DNA of 64,000 nucleotides from Auanema rhodensis. Taxonomy: Eukaryota; Animalia; Nematoda. Of the stretch, positions 1 through 13,400 are shown one piece after another (position 1 is the first letter of the stretch; each line of letters starts with the position of its first letter). The notes beneath the pieces were generated by a model. That model worked only from the letters and a program-made list of their open reading frames with translations, was not told where the DNA came from and searched no databases. The stretch is from NCBI GenBank assembly GCA_964057225.1, contig OZ059894.1, forward strand, positions 17,422,001 through 17,486,000, read 5' to 3'. The position numbers were made by a program, and so were the translations under genes.

Positions 1-511
1 TTCTAATACCGTGTTTGTATTTGCATCTTACAAATGTTTTAAGTTTCTTCCGGAAATGCTTTAGGAATATATGGTGCCTTGTTTCACTTTTTTAGTGATT
101 TCATATCTTCATACGTCTACTGTCTTTCCTTCATCCAGCATGTAATAATTCGTCTTGCTAGGTTGAGCTGAAGTTTATACATTACCCTTCATTGAAATCC
201 TTTGGTGAATGTTGGTTAGCTTTCTCATATGTACATAACATTGATATTATTTTAAAGATAATTAGTTCTTTATTCTGTATTATCCGTAGGATTGTGTTTT
301 TGTTACCATTCGTTTAGTATTGTGAATTCTATGCGAAATTGAATAAAGTCTGCTTCGGCAAACTATGTTTTGTATGGTGCTCCTTCACGCTCGGTGTGTT
401 TTATATTGGTCGCAAGCTGGATTTGAAATATCTTTATAAGTAGTAAATTCGATAGTTATATTAAGTATCAATGAGTTCTTTTATGAAATTATTATTTTTT
501 CTGTTCAGCTC

Positions 512-3500
512 ATGTTCTTTCGATATAAATTAAACCATAGCATATGTAGGAGATTTTGTGTTGATAATGTAAGCAGGTTAGAAAATGATTCTTGGTTTTA
601 TGTTCAATCATTTTGGTATTTAGATCATTCGATGTCGATTTAGTTAGTTCAAACTTCGCAAAAAGAACAGAATGGGCTTCAGCCAACTTTGGCAATTCAG
701 GTAACGGCATATTTCATGATAAAGTCATGTAATATTGTTTCCAGGAGCTCCATTTCGTATGGTTCTTCCTCCGCCAAATGTTACCGGAAAGTTACATATT
801 GGACATGCATTAACTGTAGTAGTTGAGGATTCAATTTGTAGGCATCATCGAGCGAAAGGAGGCGTTGTAATATTATATTTATTATGTGTTGCTTTATAAA
901 TCTTTAGGCTATATGGACACCTGGATTTGACCACGCTGGTATAGCTACTCAATCAGTTGTTGAAAGAGAGTTATGGAAGGCAGAAAAAAAATTACGACAT
1001 GATTTGAGTCGGGATGAATTTATATCGGAATGCAAAGCTTTTTCGACCAAGTATTTTATATTGAAACATATATATTTCATTATTCTTTTAAGAAATGCTG
1101 AAGTGATATCGTCTCAATTGAAACGCATGGGTGCTACATTAGATTGGGAAAATTCGTACTACACTTTAGATGATGTAAGCCTTTATATTTATAACATTGA
1201 ATTTATAATCACCGATTTGATAGAAATTCTCTTCTGCTGTAACGAGAGCCTTTGTCAGCCTTCATAAAGATAATAAAATATTCCGTGATAAAAGAATTGT
1301 TCAATGGTGTCCCCAGCTTCGAAGCTCTCTCTCTGATCAAGTAAGATAAGTTTTAAACTCAATTAGTGGGGAACAGAGTTAAGGAAGTTGAACGACTCGA
1401 TGTGGGTTCTGGAGAAGTTCTAACGATTAAAAAATCTGAAGGAGGTAGTAGATCAGTTAAGGTTGGGGTGATGCATAAAGTGAAATATATGGTGAAGGAT
1501 TCTCGTGACTGGTTAGCCAATTTGAAAATTCTTTTTATTTCAAATGTTTAGCTTAGAAGTGGGGACAACACGTCCTGAAACCTTATTTGCTGATGTTGCT
1601 CTAGCTGTGCATCCTTCCGATTCCAGATATTCAAAGTTTTATCTCGTAGTAATGCAATTACGTTTTGAAATTTTTTTAAGGTTTATTGGGAAGTTGGTGG
1701 AGCATCCTCTTATCGGTGGTCGCTTCATGCCTGTAATTGCTGATGAAAGCGTTAAAATGGATAAAGGAACCGGTAAAAGTTTAATAGCAATGCTTTCATG
1801 ATTTTTCAAATTAAGGAGTTGTAAAAATTACTCCTCATCACGATGGTCTAGACTTTGCAATTGCTTCAAGACATTGGGACGAAATTTCTTCTGTTGATCT
1901 TTCTAGCAAAAATAGGTTAGTTTTTACTTTATCACTTAGGCTGTAAAGTTTTTAAAAGCTTTAATATTCACGTTAATTCTAATTTTACATTATTCATCTG
2001 TAATTAGGGTATGTATGAATGAAGATGGGAAATTGATTAACGTACCTGATGAGTTCTTATTGATGGACAGGTTCGATGCTCGAGAAAAGGCATCTATAGT
2101 ATTTTTAAAAAATATATTCTATAATTCTTGAGGTGATTGAACATTTAACTGCTTCTAACCATTATGGAGGATGTTTAAAGCATGAAAATGCTCAGATAAG
2201 CATATGTTCCAGAACAGGTTATTCTTTTCTGTATGATATTATTTTAAAAATTTTCTATTTTTAGGAGATATTATCGAGCCCAGATTGACCGAGCAATGGT
2301 TTTTAGATACTAAAGATATGCACAAGGATGTTGAAGAAGCCTTGAAAAGAGGAGAAGTAACTATAATTTATTACAAACTTAATGAAATCCTTCAAAGATT
2401 AAAATTACTGCAAATTTCCATGAACAACGAATGATTGATTGGTTATCAAATGTTGAACCCTGGTGTTTAAGCCGTCAAGTTCTTTGGGGTCACCGTATTC
2501 CAGCCTATACCACGGATGGGTTTGTTATTATTTCTAACTGTGGGTTGAATACCTTTTCTTAGACTTAATTGGATTATATCAAATAGTTTGAACGAAGCTA
2601 AAGAAATACTCAAATCTGATAATGTGGTTCAAGATAATGATGTGCTTGATACGTGGTTCAGGTTAAGCACAATTTCGTTATTAATATATTACATGTCGCT
2701 TTGAATTTCAGTTCTTCTTTGGTCCCACTTGTTACTGCTGGATGGATGGATAATACTCTTGATAAAAATCAGCCACCGCTCCATGTCATGGAAACAGGAT
2801 GGGATATTCTTGGTTTCTGGGTTATTCGTATGCTTATGCTAACTCAAAAGTATCAATCATCCTTTTTTCGTTGAAGTACATGTCTATTCAGATTATCTGG
2901 TCAAGTAGCATTCCCTCAAATAGTTTTGCATGGACTTGTTAGAGATTCCAATGGTCGAAAAATGAGGTTTGCTCTTTTCTTTATACTATTGCGTATTGTT
3001 TCTTAGCAAGTCTCTGGGCAATGTGATTGATCCCATGGATGTTTTGAATGGAATTTCGCAAGAGAATATGATTATTCGCTTGAATGAAAGCTCTCTGGGA
3101 GCAAAAGAAAAAGGTATATTGTATTTTATAGATTCTTATCTAGTTTGTTTCAGAAGCCAGCATTTCTGAGATGAAAAAAAAACATCCAGATGGAATTCCA
3201 AAGTTTGGAGCTGATGCTTTAAGGTTTGCTTTATTGCGTCACGATGTGCTTTCAATGGATGTCCCCATCAATATAGTAGAAACAGCTGGAGAAGTATGTG
3301 AAATCCATAATTATGAACAGAATTATCACATGCTGAAATAGGGTTATCGCTTCTGCAATAAAGTTTGGAATTTGATCCAATATGCTGAATCAGTGAACGA
3401 CAAATGTAATTCAAGTAAAGAATTTGATACTGAACATCCTGCGGTAGTTTCACACTAACTTTGATTTTCTCAATATTTATTTTTTTAGGATTTGTGGATA

Positions 3501-4581
3501 CTTTCGAGATTAGCTGCTGTTTTGAAGGAAGTTGATGAGCATATGATGAATCATTCACCTCATATTGCTTTCACTACATTACAGAATTTCATTTTGTCTA
3601 ATATCTGTGATGTATATCTGGTTTGTGAATATCGTTCATAGACAATGTTTGAAAAATCTATACAGGAAGCTACAAAAAAAGATGTTTGGGATGAGTATTC
3701 TAAAAGAACTGAAGAAATCCGCTGTACATTGACTAGAGTGCTTCAACCTACTCTTGTACAACTATCTGTATTTATGCCATTTGTCTCTGAACATCTATAC
3801 GAACGGTTATTTAAAAGAGAAAAAGGTTCAATATATTTTGATTTTATTAAGGTAAATATTGTTTTCCCCTATATCATCATCATCATATATCTTATAGGCT
3901 TCGTATTTTCAATTACACAGAGATACGGATCTGGAAAAAACTATGAACTTAGTTTTATCTATTGTAACAGCAACTCGTTCCGTTCGTCAGCGTCTACAAA
4001 TGCCAGCTAAATTAGTTTTTGAAGGTTTGTAATGCTTTTCTCTCTCGTTAATTATTTGATTTTAGGAATTCTTTTCACAGATAAATATGAAATAGCTCAG
4101 ATGAATAAAGTTATTTCGGACTTAGGAAATATAAAAATTACAAAAATTTGTGATCTCAATGATGAAGTTCCGGCAGGATTCATGCCATCTTGTCTACCAG
4201 GATTTGATGATCGCTTAGCATTGAAAATTGAGGTACTTTCCAACCCATGAACGATTTATATACAAATTATTATGTTTTATAGGCCGAGCACCAAAACGAA
4301 TTTGTTGGAAGATTAGAAGGATTGCTAGCAAAGGCCGAAGAAAGACGAAAGCTTTTTGACTCGAAAGCAGAAAAATATGAGGAGATCGTCAAACGAGATG
4401 AAAAAGATGAAAAGGTTTGTTATTTGTTCATGTTTATCAATCTTATAACATATATGCGCAGGTTAAAAAGAATGTTTTGGAGAAATCAAAGAAGAAAGCG
4501 GCTCAAGCTAGAAAAGTTGCTCAATCAGCTGCAGTTGAAGCTGAACGAATAAAAGCATTACTATTAGAATTGAAGTTATAG
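512..4581 (+). CDS. vars-1: Valyl-tRNA synthetase, probably mitochondrial (multi-exon, >20 short introns)
   Basis: Spliced translation gives [21 protein letters not shown] (HIGH motif, ~753-815), [65 protein letters not shown], an intron-split KMSKS (2959-3012) and GADALRF. The N-terminus [15 protein letters not shown] is Arg-rich and presequence-like and follows the acceptor TGTTCAG (502-508). Stop TAG ends at 4581. The symbol is from recollection of the C. elegans mitochondrial ValRS that lies next to algn-12. Confidence 0.93.
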
Positions 4582-4680
4582 TAGTTACTAATTATTATAT
4601 TTCATTCGTGAATATAGAAAATTATTATTATTCATTATAGAGATTTTATTTTTGTTATATAGAAAAAACTGATTATGTTC

Positions 4681-4781
4681 AATAAATATATTCGATATGA
4701 AATATTTTTAAAGATCAAAATGGGTCTAAGACCTTGTACTTTATCATTCACAAAGTGATTCAAATATATATTATTGTTCAG
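4681..4781 (+). promoter_or_regulatory. Operon-type intercistronic region: AATAAA poly(A) signal followed ~90 nt later by a trans-splice acceptor
   Basis: AATAAA at 4681-4686; TTGTTCAG at 4774-4781 directly before the ALG12 ATG at 4784; both genes on the same strand. Confidence 0.65.
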
Positions 4782-4783
4782 AG

Positions 4784-6856
4784 ATGGACAATATAGAAGG
4801 AACAGAATGGCTGGTGTTAATAGCTATGATGGTTAACTTGCTTATGGCCCCAGGTACAAAAGTTGAGGTATTGAAATAAGAAGCAATAATACATTTTCTA
4901 AAATATTTGAATTAATTCAGGAAAGTTTTAATGTTCAAGCTACTCATGACCTGATATATCACACATATGACATTTCAAGCGTTAGTTATTATTTCATTTA
5001 GCAGTAATCATATACTTCAGTATGATCATAATGATTTTCCTGGAGTTGTTCCTAGAACATTCGCGGGCCCCCTGTATCTGTCTGCTTTTGGCATTCCCAT
5101 GAGACTCATCATGGCAATGTCTAACATTCCCAAGTTCTGGATGTTGTTCTTTAGTTAGTACTAGGTAATATTTTTAACTCTTATTCAAATTTCAGTACGT
5201 TTTATTCTTGGCACAACAACTGTGATAGCTTTTCTAAATTTTGCTCGTTGTATTCGAAAACATTTTGGCGAAGAATCTGCTACATTTCTGAGGTTTTTTT
5301 TCTTTTTCTATCTCACCAAACTTGTATGTTTTTCAGGATTATTATAGCCTCACAATTTCACTTTATGTTTTACTCTTCAAGAACTTTACCAAATACTTTT
5401 GCTTTAATTTGCGGTAAAAAATTGAATGTTTATATGTTCATCTTCTAAATTTTTCAATTTTAGTTTTGGTGGTTTATCAGAGAGTTTTGGATGAAAGATA
5501 TCAATCGGCTGTTCGATGGGCTACTACTGCCACCATTCTGTTCAGGTTTTTGATCTTCAATAAAACTAAAAATTAATTTTAGGAATTTTCAGATGCGAAC
5601 TTGTAGTTTTATTCGGACCTTTGTTCCTTCCAATTATCCTCAGTGGAAAACTTCCATTATTTGGTTCCGACGGTGCTCTCATAACCGGAATTAAATCCGC
5701 TGCAAAAGCTTTATGTAGGTTTCTAACTAAGTTCCGCTTGAATTTAAAAATGTTTAAGTTATCACTGTTCCAATAGATTCCCTTTTATGGGGTCGCCTGA
5801 TTTGGCCAGAAGCCGAAGTAGCTTGGTTTAATATTCTTTTGAACAAAAGTCAAGAGTACGGGGTTTGAACTCAGATATGCTGTATCTACTTTAAAAGCAA
5901 AGTTTTCAGGTTCAACCATTCTTTTGGTATTTCTATAGCGCTCTTCCCCGTGCTTTATTAGCTTCAACTGTGTTGATTATAATTGGTCCATTAGTAGACA
6001 GACGTTTAACGGCCCTGCTTATTCCATCCATCTCTTTCATCTTTCTATATAGCTTTTTGCCACATAAGGAATTAAGGTGTATTAAATATGACCTTAAACC
6101 CTTAACTCAAATTTCAGATTTATAATCTATGCATTCCCCATGCTCAATGTATCAGCAGCTGTATTTTGTGCTCGAATGTAAGGGATTTAGTTTGATGCAT
6201 TCAAAAATTTCCTTTGAAGGTACATCAATAGAAGTAAGTCTTGGTTACGTCTCTTCCTTTACTGGGGATGTGCCTTGCATATTATTGCCAACCTGCTAGC
6301 AACTTGTGTTTTCGTGTACACCGCCGCGAGAAACTACCCAGGAGGAGATGCTATTGGTCATCTACAGGTGTGAATTCTGTTTTTGAACTTTCATAGATGA
6401 ATCTTTTTTACAGTGGACTCAGCGTATTGATGCTAATAAGCCAATTTCTATGTATATTGATAACGCATGTGCTCAAACTGGTGTTAACCGATTCATGCAA
6501 CTCTATGATGCTTGGGAGTATGTAAAATTATATTATTTTTCCCAAACCTTTCCTTTAAAGGTATAACAAGACTGAAAACCTTAAACCTGAAGATATGGAG
6601 AGATTTGAGTTTCTACTTATTGGTACATACGGTACGAATTTGAAAGAGATGGTTATGGCAAACTATACTAAATGGCACAAAGTTATGTATGCTGTCCCAG
6701 CATTTCACAAATTCTCCTTCAGGTAGATTAAAGTTCAAAGTTATATGATCGTTTTGATATTTCTTTTTTTACAGAAAATCATCCCAATTCCCATATTATA
6801 TTCCTGAATTGGTAATGAAGGAAAAAGTTGCCGCTCTTCGAAAAAAATACGATTAA
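4784..6856 (+). CDS. algn-12: ALG12 Dol-P-Man:Man7GlcNAc2-PP-Dol alpha-1,6-mannosyltransferase (GT22 family), multi-exon
   Basis: Spliced translation contains [107 protein letters not shown] and YNKTE. The C-terminus RKKYD* is a KKxx ER-retrieval-like motif. Confidence 0.95.
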
Positions 6857-9800
6857 GTTATTTTATTGAAATTTATTTTATAACTTTTCTATTTTTGTAT
6901 TGAGTTTCATCGCTTATTTTGGGAAACATTCCGAACGATTAAACATGTCATCATATGATCTATTGTGTTTTACATGAACTGGCCCTCATATCAATGTAAA
7001 ACTGTTAAAAGGTCAGAGATATCAAATTTTGTTTCTCACGATGGAATTATATTGAATTACGTGTTGTAGTTTATACTAATCTAACATGCATATGCAATTC
7101 TACAGTGAAGATTTATCTCTTTTAGTACGAAAGTTAATACTTTACCCCATCATATACAACCGCTTCTTATTTAGCCGACAATGTAAATGAGCAATTTACG
7201 CAACACCCCACAGCCAAGTCTGTTGGTCACAGTAATGTCATATTGAGCATATGGTTCGACTAGATTGAGAATGAAATATTTCAATATTCAACTTCCTTTT
7301 TTTGAATTTTCAATTTCATTTCAAAAATATGTTCTATTCAGCCTCACGGATATGATTTGTCCAATTGTCAAGAGATATTCATCCTCGCAATCAACTTAGG
7401 CTGCTCTTCTTTTTAATGAAACGGAGGAAGTTCCTCATTCATCTCATAGGTAATATCAAATATTTTTATGAAACTAATTTCATTACATATTTGAAATATC
7501 ATTTCAATTTCATTATTGAGAGACTTGATTAAAGTGAAATTTGATATAAAACTAGAGAATATTGCGATTTATAGGATATTTTTAATTTTTTAAGTGGTCA
7601 TGTTATTTGTGCTAATGAGCTTCATTAATACGGACATTTTTTGTCAGGTTCCGGTTGAGTTAGCTGTTTACATACATACATTTATTGGAAATTAATGAAG
7701 GCAGTTAATTTCAATGATCAAAGTTGAACCATGTAGGTAAAATATACATTTTTCTATATATAATTATAGGAATCATACATTTGAGATTAGGTTAAGTTTT
7801 GCTATAAACATTTACAATTTTTATTCTTTTTTTTTCATAAAATAATGAAAGAAAGTTTTCATGAGTCATATGCTCAGAATCAATGCAATTATAATTATAT
7901 ATCCTTATTATAAATGTAATTTTCTTTCAAATTTAACATTAATTATGCTATTCAGCAAGAATACAAGTCGTTCACCGCATACTATATGAAGTATTTCACA
8001 AATAAAAGAAACATATTCAACTTTCTTTAAACAATTAAATATTTCCAATTTTTGTTATCATACTCATATATAATACATTCATATTATGCATATATATTCT
8101 TTTTAATTCCTTTTTTACTGATGGCTCATACACAATTAATTCATCTAATAAGGTGTTCAACCGATCAGATGCTAAGAGGTCAATACCAGCTCAGCAGGAT
8201 AGGTAACACCTGTCTTTAGAGCAATTAAGCTCAAATCTGCCGAAGTTATAATCCCCCCATGAGGAAACTCAGTCTCTGTTCCTAATATAAATGTCGTGTA
8301 ATTCATAGGTTTCTCGCCCGACTGCTTATCTGGCATTTCCGATCTTATCTACGGTTCTGAGCAATTCCGCATCTGTACCCCCCACTGAAAGCAACGCCTC
8401 TTATAAGCTGTATCTTAATGTGAGCTATGAGCCAATATAAGCATCTCATTGCTGCAAATCCCTACGAAGTATTAGTACCTGTTTGATATTCATTGAGGTG
8501 ACTGATTCTTCACCGTTGTATTTCCTTGGCATTATTTAGTCATGTGGAAGTCTCTGTGGATAAGACTGGCGGTTACAACTAGTAAATTTGTTTATTAACG
8601 AAATTCCTAAGAGAAATTAGCTATATGATAATATTATATAATTACTCTTGAGATGATTTATATGATATCTAAAATACTAAACGCTCTCTTGTGATGATTA
8701 TCATATAATAAACAAAATTTTCTATTGACACATAAATAAAGTTCTGTCAATCTCGATTTATAATCTATCATTCGACAGTAAGTTTTTTTGCAAATTGTTC
8801 ACATTTTCTAATTCCGAGTATAATTATTTGCAATAATTTTTATAATTTTTCGTATGACAATGTGTTATATTAGAATTGTATATTTTCAAATTTTCAATCG
8901 TATTTACGATATGAAAACATTGAATTCACATAAGGAAAGCAGTTCTAATTTGTACGGTTTGTCTCACCAAATTTCATTTTCCAAATTCGTTAAATTAATT
9001 TCCCTGGACATTATTTTGTATCTCTTCTCATCTAGCTATTGTTCTCTGTTTTTCTCACATTCTCATGTTTGCAACATTTGAGTCAAAGTAACAAAAACGT
9101 TGTGTAATCATATGAGTAATCAGCAATAACATTTTGCTCATAATCTAAGAATTTAGGTTATTCTTTCTTCTACCTTCAAAAATTATAAATTTTGGAAATG
9201 ACATAAACGTCATATTCGATTATAGAACTTGGAACTTGACGTAGATTTATCTAGTTTTCATAGTCTTTCAACCACAAAGGTGATTCCCTATACATGATTT
9301 CTCAAAACTTACCATGTTTTTGAATACATTTGGTTGGATTGTATGATTGCTGCTACGAGTTCAATTTCAATATTTTCCATTGAATACATTGAGATTATAT
9401 GATAGTTTCATCAAGCACAGCTTCTTTCGAAATAATTAAAATCATAAAGTATTTTAATTAATTATACAATTAAATTTTATTAAAAATCTATTCAAATATT
9501 AACTAACACGACTATTTTTATATATTGTTCCTTTTTTTTATTTCAGTAGCCTTTATGCTTTCTTTAATTATTCTTCAATTAAGTATTGATTGAGCTAATG
9601 AGTTCACAAAATATGTTAATTAAATCTTTCTATATATGGAAAATGATGACGTTTAATGAGCATTTTCTCAGTTTCCAATAAATAATTAAAAGGAATAAAC
9701 ATGAGATTCTTCTGCTTCTTCCTCATTCTCGTAATTATTTTATAAAAATAATCATTTCGTTTTCATTTTCTTTTTTCAACTGATTTAGTTTTTTTTTTTT

Positions 9801-10436
9801 GAAAAATATAATTTATTACTACTGTTTTAAAGCTTATTAATGTATTCTATTAATTTATATAAGATATAAATTAAATAGAAAAAAAACTAATTAAATTATA
9901 ATGATAATGATAATTATATAATATAATTTCCTTTTTATAATTGCTACATTAGTTTTGATTTATCTCCTTTTGAATGATTAAGCAATGAGCTAACCAGCAA
10001 TGTTCCAATTTTTCTTTGAATTTTGATTCTTTCGATATATGATATACGTGTAATACTATGCATGTATTATGAACCTAATTATGCCTAATTAAATTTATTT
10101 TTAAATAAAATATAATTAAATGTATTAATAAGTCCAATTTGTGATAAATAATATCATGATTACAAGAATTTTTCATTTTAATTTAGTCAATTTAATTGCA
10201 TTGTTGCCCACATCATGAATAAATATAAAAAGAATATATGATTCATTTAGATTAATTAGAAACCCACGTGCATGTGAAATCAAAATTGCAACTCTTGATC
10301 CCCCATCTCTCTATCTTTCTCTTGCTTGCTCTCCCTCTCAGCTCATTTCTGTTTTCGAAGTCGTACAGAGAGGTTGTATATCATAATATTTGCCTAATTA
10401 GCTTCATTAATATTATTTCATTTGATTATAAACATT

Positions 10437-10443
<7 letters not shown>

Positions 10444-10469
<26 letters not shown>
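10444..10469. repeat. (TA)n microsatellite
   Basis: Perfect TA dinucleotide run. Confidence 0.9.
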
Positions 10470-10476
<7 letters not shown>

Positions 10477-13400
10477 GAAAAATATGTATAAGTATGTATA
10501 TATAGATAATATTATGATTCATTAAAGATTTATTTCATCATCTTTATGAATTGTATTTTGATTTATCACCTATTACTATATAAATATATGTATGATACTA
10601 TATATATTTTAAACTTTTGTTTTAACCTAAATTTTATATGAACAATTCTAAATCATTTCATCGTCATTTCAATAACATTTCCAATTGTTGAGGCATTTAG
10701 TTTTTTTTCTCTGAGCCATCTCTTGCGAGTCATGCACATCATACCTGACTCAGTGTGATCGAAAAAGTAATCTGAACATAAATCATTCCTAACTCTCAGA
10801 AAAAAGTCAACTTCTTATTGTTTATCTTATTGAAAACCTGTCGGCTACTCATTTGAGAATTTTTTTTTCTTGCCTCATTGGTAGCAGATCTCCATTCTTT
10901 TTTTTTTGCAAAGAAAAACTATGAAAATAGAAATGTGAGTCAAGACACTGATCATACAATAAGTAGCATTTGCCGTTTTCTTCTATTTAACGTTCTTCCT
11001 TTTTCACACAATGACGATAAAATATGGAATATTTTGGATAGCAATGAAATAGTTTTTTTCTTGTTTTATCACTATTTAACGAGCTTTTAATTATTTTTTT
11101 AGTAAAAGAAAAAAATATTTCGAACTAATTGCTCTATTTTGCTATTTGGTATACATGAGATATGCTGTACAATGCTGTAACTTAAGTTGTGGACAGTTTT
11201 TTTTTACTGAAGGATACATCAATTCTATAGTGTGAACTTTGATATTTTCGTAATTTTGCCTATTTTTCTCGTGAATTGAATGTGTTGAATCTTCAATCTA
11301 TCCCCTTTTTGGGCTAGAATTTTCATCATTTGATCCAAAGATCATCAAATTCTTGATGAGCAATGTTTAAGACTAAAATAGCAGATGTTACAACCTATTT
11401 CAGAATATCATAAAATTATAGTAAAATTTTATTTGCTCTAATGAAAATTCACGTGTAAATGACTCATACATATACAAAAATATTCGATGAAAGTTTTGAA
11501 AACACACTCTATGACATCATCTATGGTCAGCTTAATTATGTTTCATCCTTATTGCCCCATTAATATGTGCACGGAACGAAAGCAACATTTAACTTTCCTT
11601 TTATGTTTTTTCCGCTTTTCGAACTTTGCCATCATAAGCCATGTTCATTATTCAGAGCATGAGAACTGCAGTTGAATGCTGGACATAAGCTTAAGCTCAA
11701 ACCTTCATTTAATCACTCGAAGTCATAAATTTGAAGTCGATTCAAATATAAAAGCTTTTGCTAATACTTAAGCTGAAACCAAAAAATTTTATTTTAAAGA
11801 TCTAACGTTATTCGAAATCTGAATGTATTATTCCAATCTTCCAGCTATTCCGTAACATTAATGATCATTTTCCTTAATCAACAGCCAGCGCGAATCAATC
11901 GTCCGAACTTTATTCAATGGTGTTTCCTTGCAAATTCGAAGACGTAATTGAATAATCGCTATTATTAAAGATATTATAGATAAGGTTCTTTGATTTGTAA
12001 ACAATTAATATATCAAATACAAAATTTGTTATCTCGATAGTATTCAATTTTACTATTTTACTTAGTTCTTATCTTATACTTATTCTATTCAACTTTTATC
12101 TTTTATCTTTGCTTCATTCTTTGTGGTTAATTAAATTTAAAAAAAAATTATATTATGTAATCTTTAATTAATTTATATAAATATATATTACGTATAGAAA
12201 ATCTAATAATATACAATATGAAGTTTTTGCAAGTTTTCTTCCTCCAAATTCTCATTATTGTCTTCTATACTCTAATAAAATGTTCCTTGTTTTTTGATCA
12301 TGCTGTTCAGCCATCTAATGAGCTTTTCTTGGATTTTTATTCGTTTCCACACATTCATGACTCATTGATAGCTTAAGACCATATCAAGGAGGCTTCTCTC
12401 TTCTCACCGGCATCATTGTTTGGTAAACTCTTATGGCTTCTTCACAATCCATTTGATCCATTTTACACCCTCAAGTATTTTACTATATAATATTTATATA
12501 TATATATTTATATATATATATATATACATAGTTATGTATATGTATATAAATATAAATTTCAAGACAAGATATAATCATCATTACTTTAATGTTTTCAAAT
12601 ACAAGAAACAATTTGCGTAGTTTAACGTTTCGTTTTTTTATAATCTCCATTTTATCTTTCTTATTTATCTTGTCTTTGTTAGCACTTTTTCAGAAAAAAA
12701 ACTAAACATACTTTTCAACTTTTATTTGTAAAATCTTTCAAATATTCAATACTTTATATGATTTGAGCACTTTTTTTGGATGTTTCTAAAATGGAATATG
12801 AGTTTCATTTGAACAGATGCATGTTCACAAACGCTTCAATAAACTTTGCAACCTTTTTCTTGAATTTAAACATAATAAACATTGTAATATTAATTTAGAT
12901 CATAATTTCTTTTTTAGAATCATATTCATATTCTAATTTTTTCTTTTTTTAACTCAAATCTTATTAAATAAATAAATTTTGCTATTATTATCTGATCAAC
13001 TTTTAATAATAGTTAAAATGATTCAGAATGAAAAAAATATATAGAATGATGATTTATTCCTATTTAACATTTTATTTTTATTTTATAAGCCATTTAATAT
13101 CGGATAATCTTGCATTTTTTTTTTTTATCATATATCATGGTACTTTTCTTTGTTTTTTTCCATTTTTCACTAATCTTAATACCTTTTCTTTTAAATATCA
13201 TAATATACGTATATCAAGATCCTTTTTATATAATTATCTCATGAATTATATCTTTTTCTTACGAAAAGGACTAAAGATGAACTTGAATAACTTGGTGACA
13301 TTTCGATAAAAAATCTTTTATTATGATTTTTTTGATAGAATTTGTTTTTATCATGCAATATAATCACTTTTAATTACAAAAGACGTCGTAATCAGTATAT

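Noticed and set aside
1-450. Possible 5' end of a divergent minus-strand gene or 3' end of an upstream operon gene
   Set aside because: Only short open stretches; I could not build a phase-consistent model or recognise a motif
8854-13309. Many 60-93 aa F/I/Y/L-rich ORFs (also at 20-29 kb and 47-52 kb)
   Set aside because: Composition is typical of chance ORFs in AT-rich non-coding DNA
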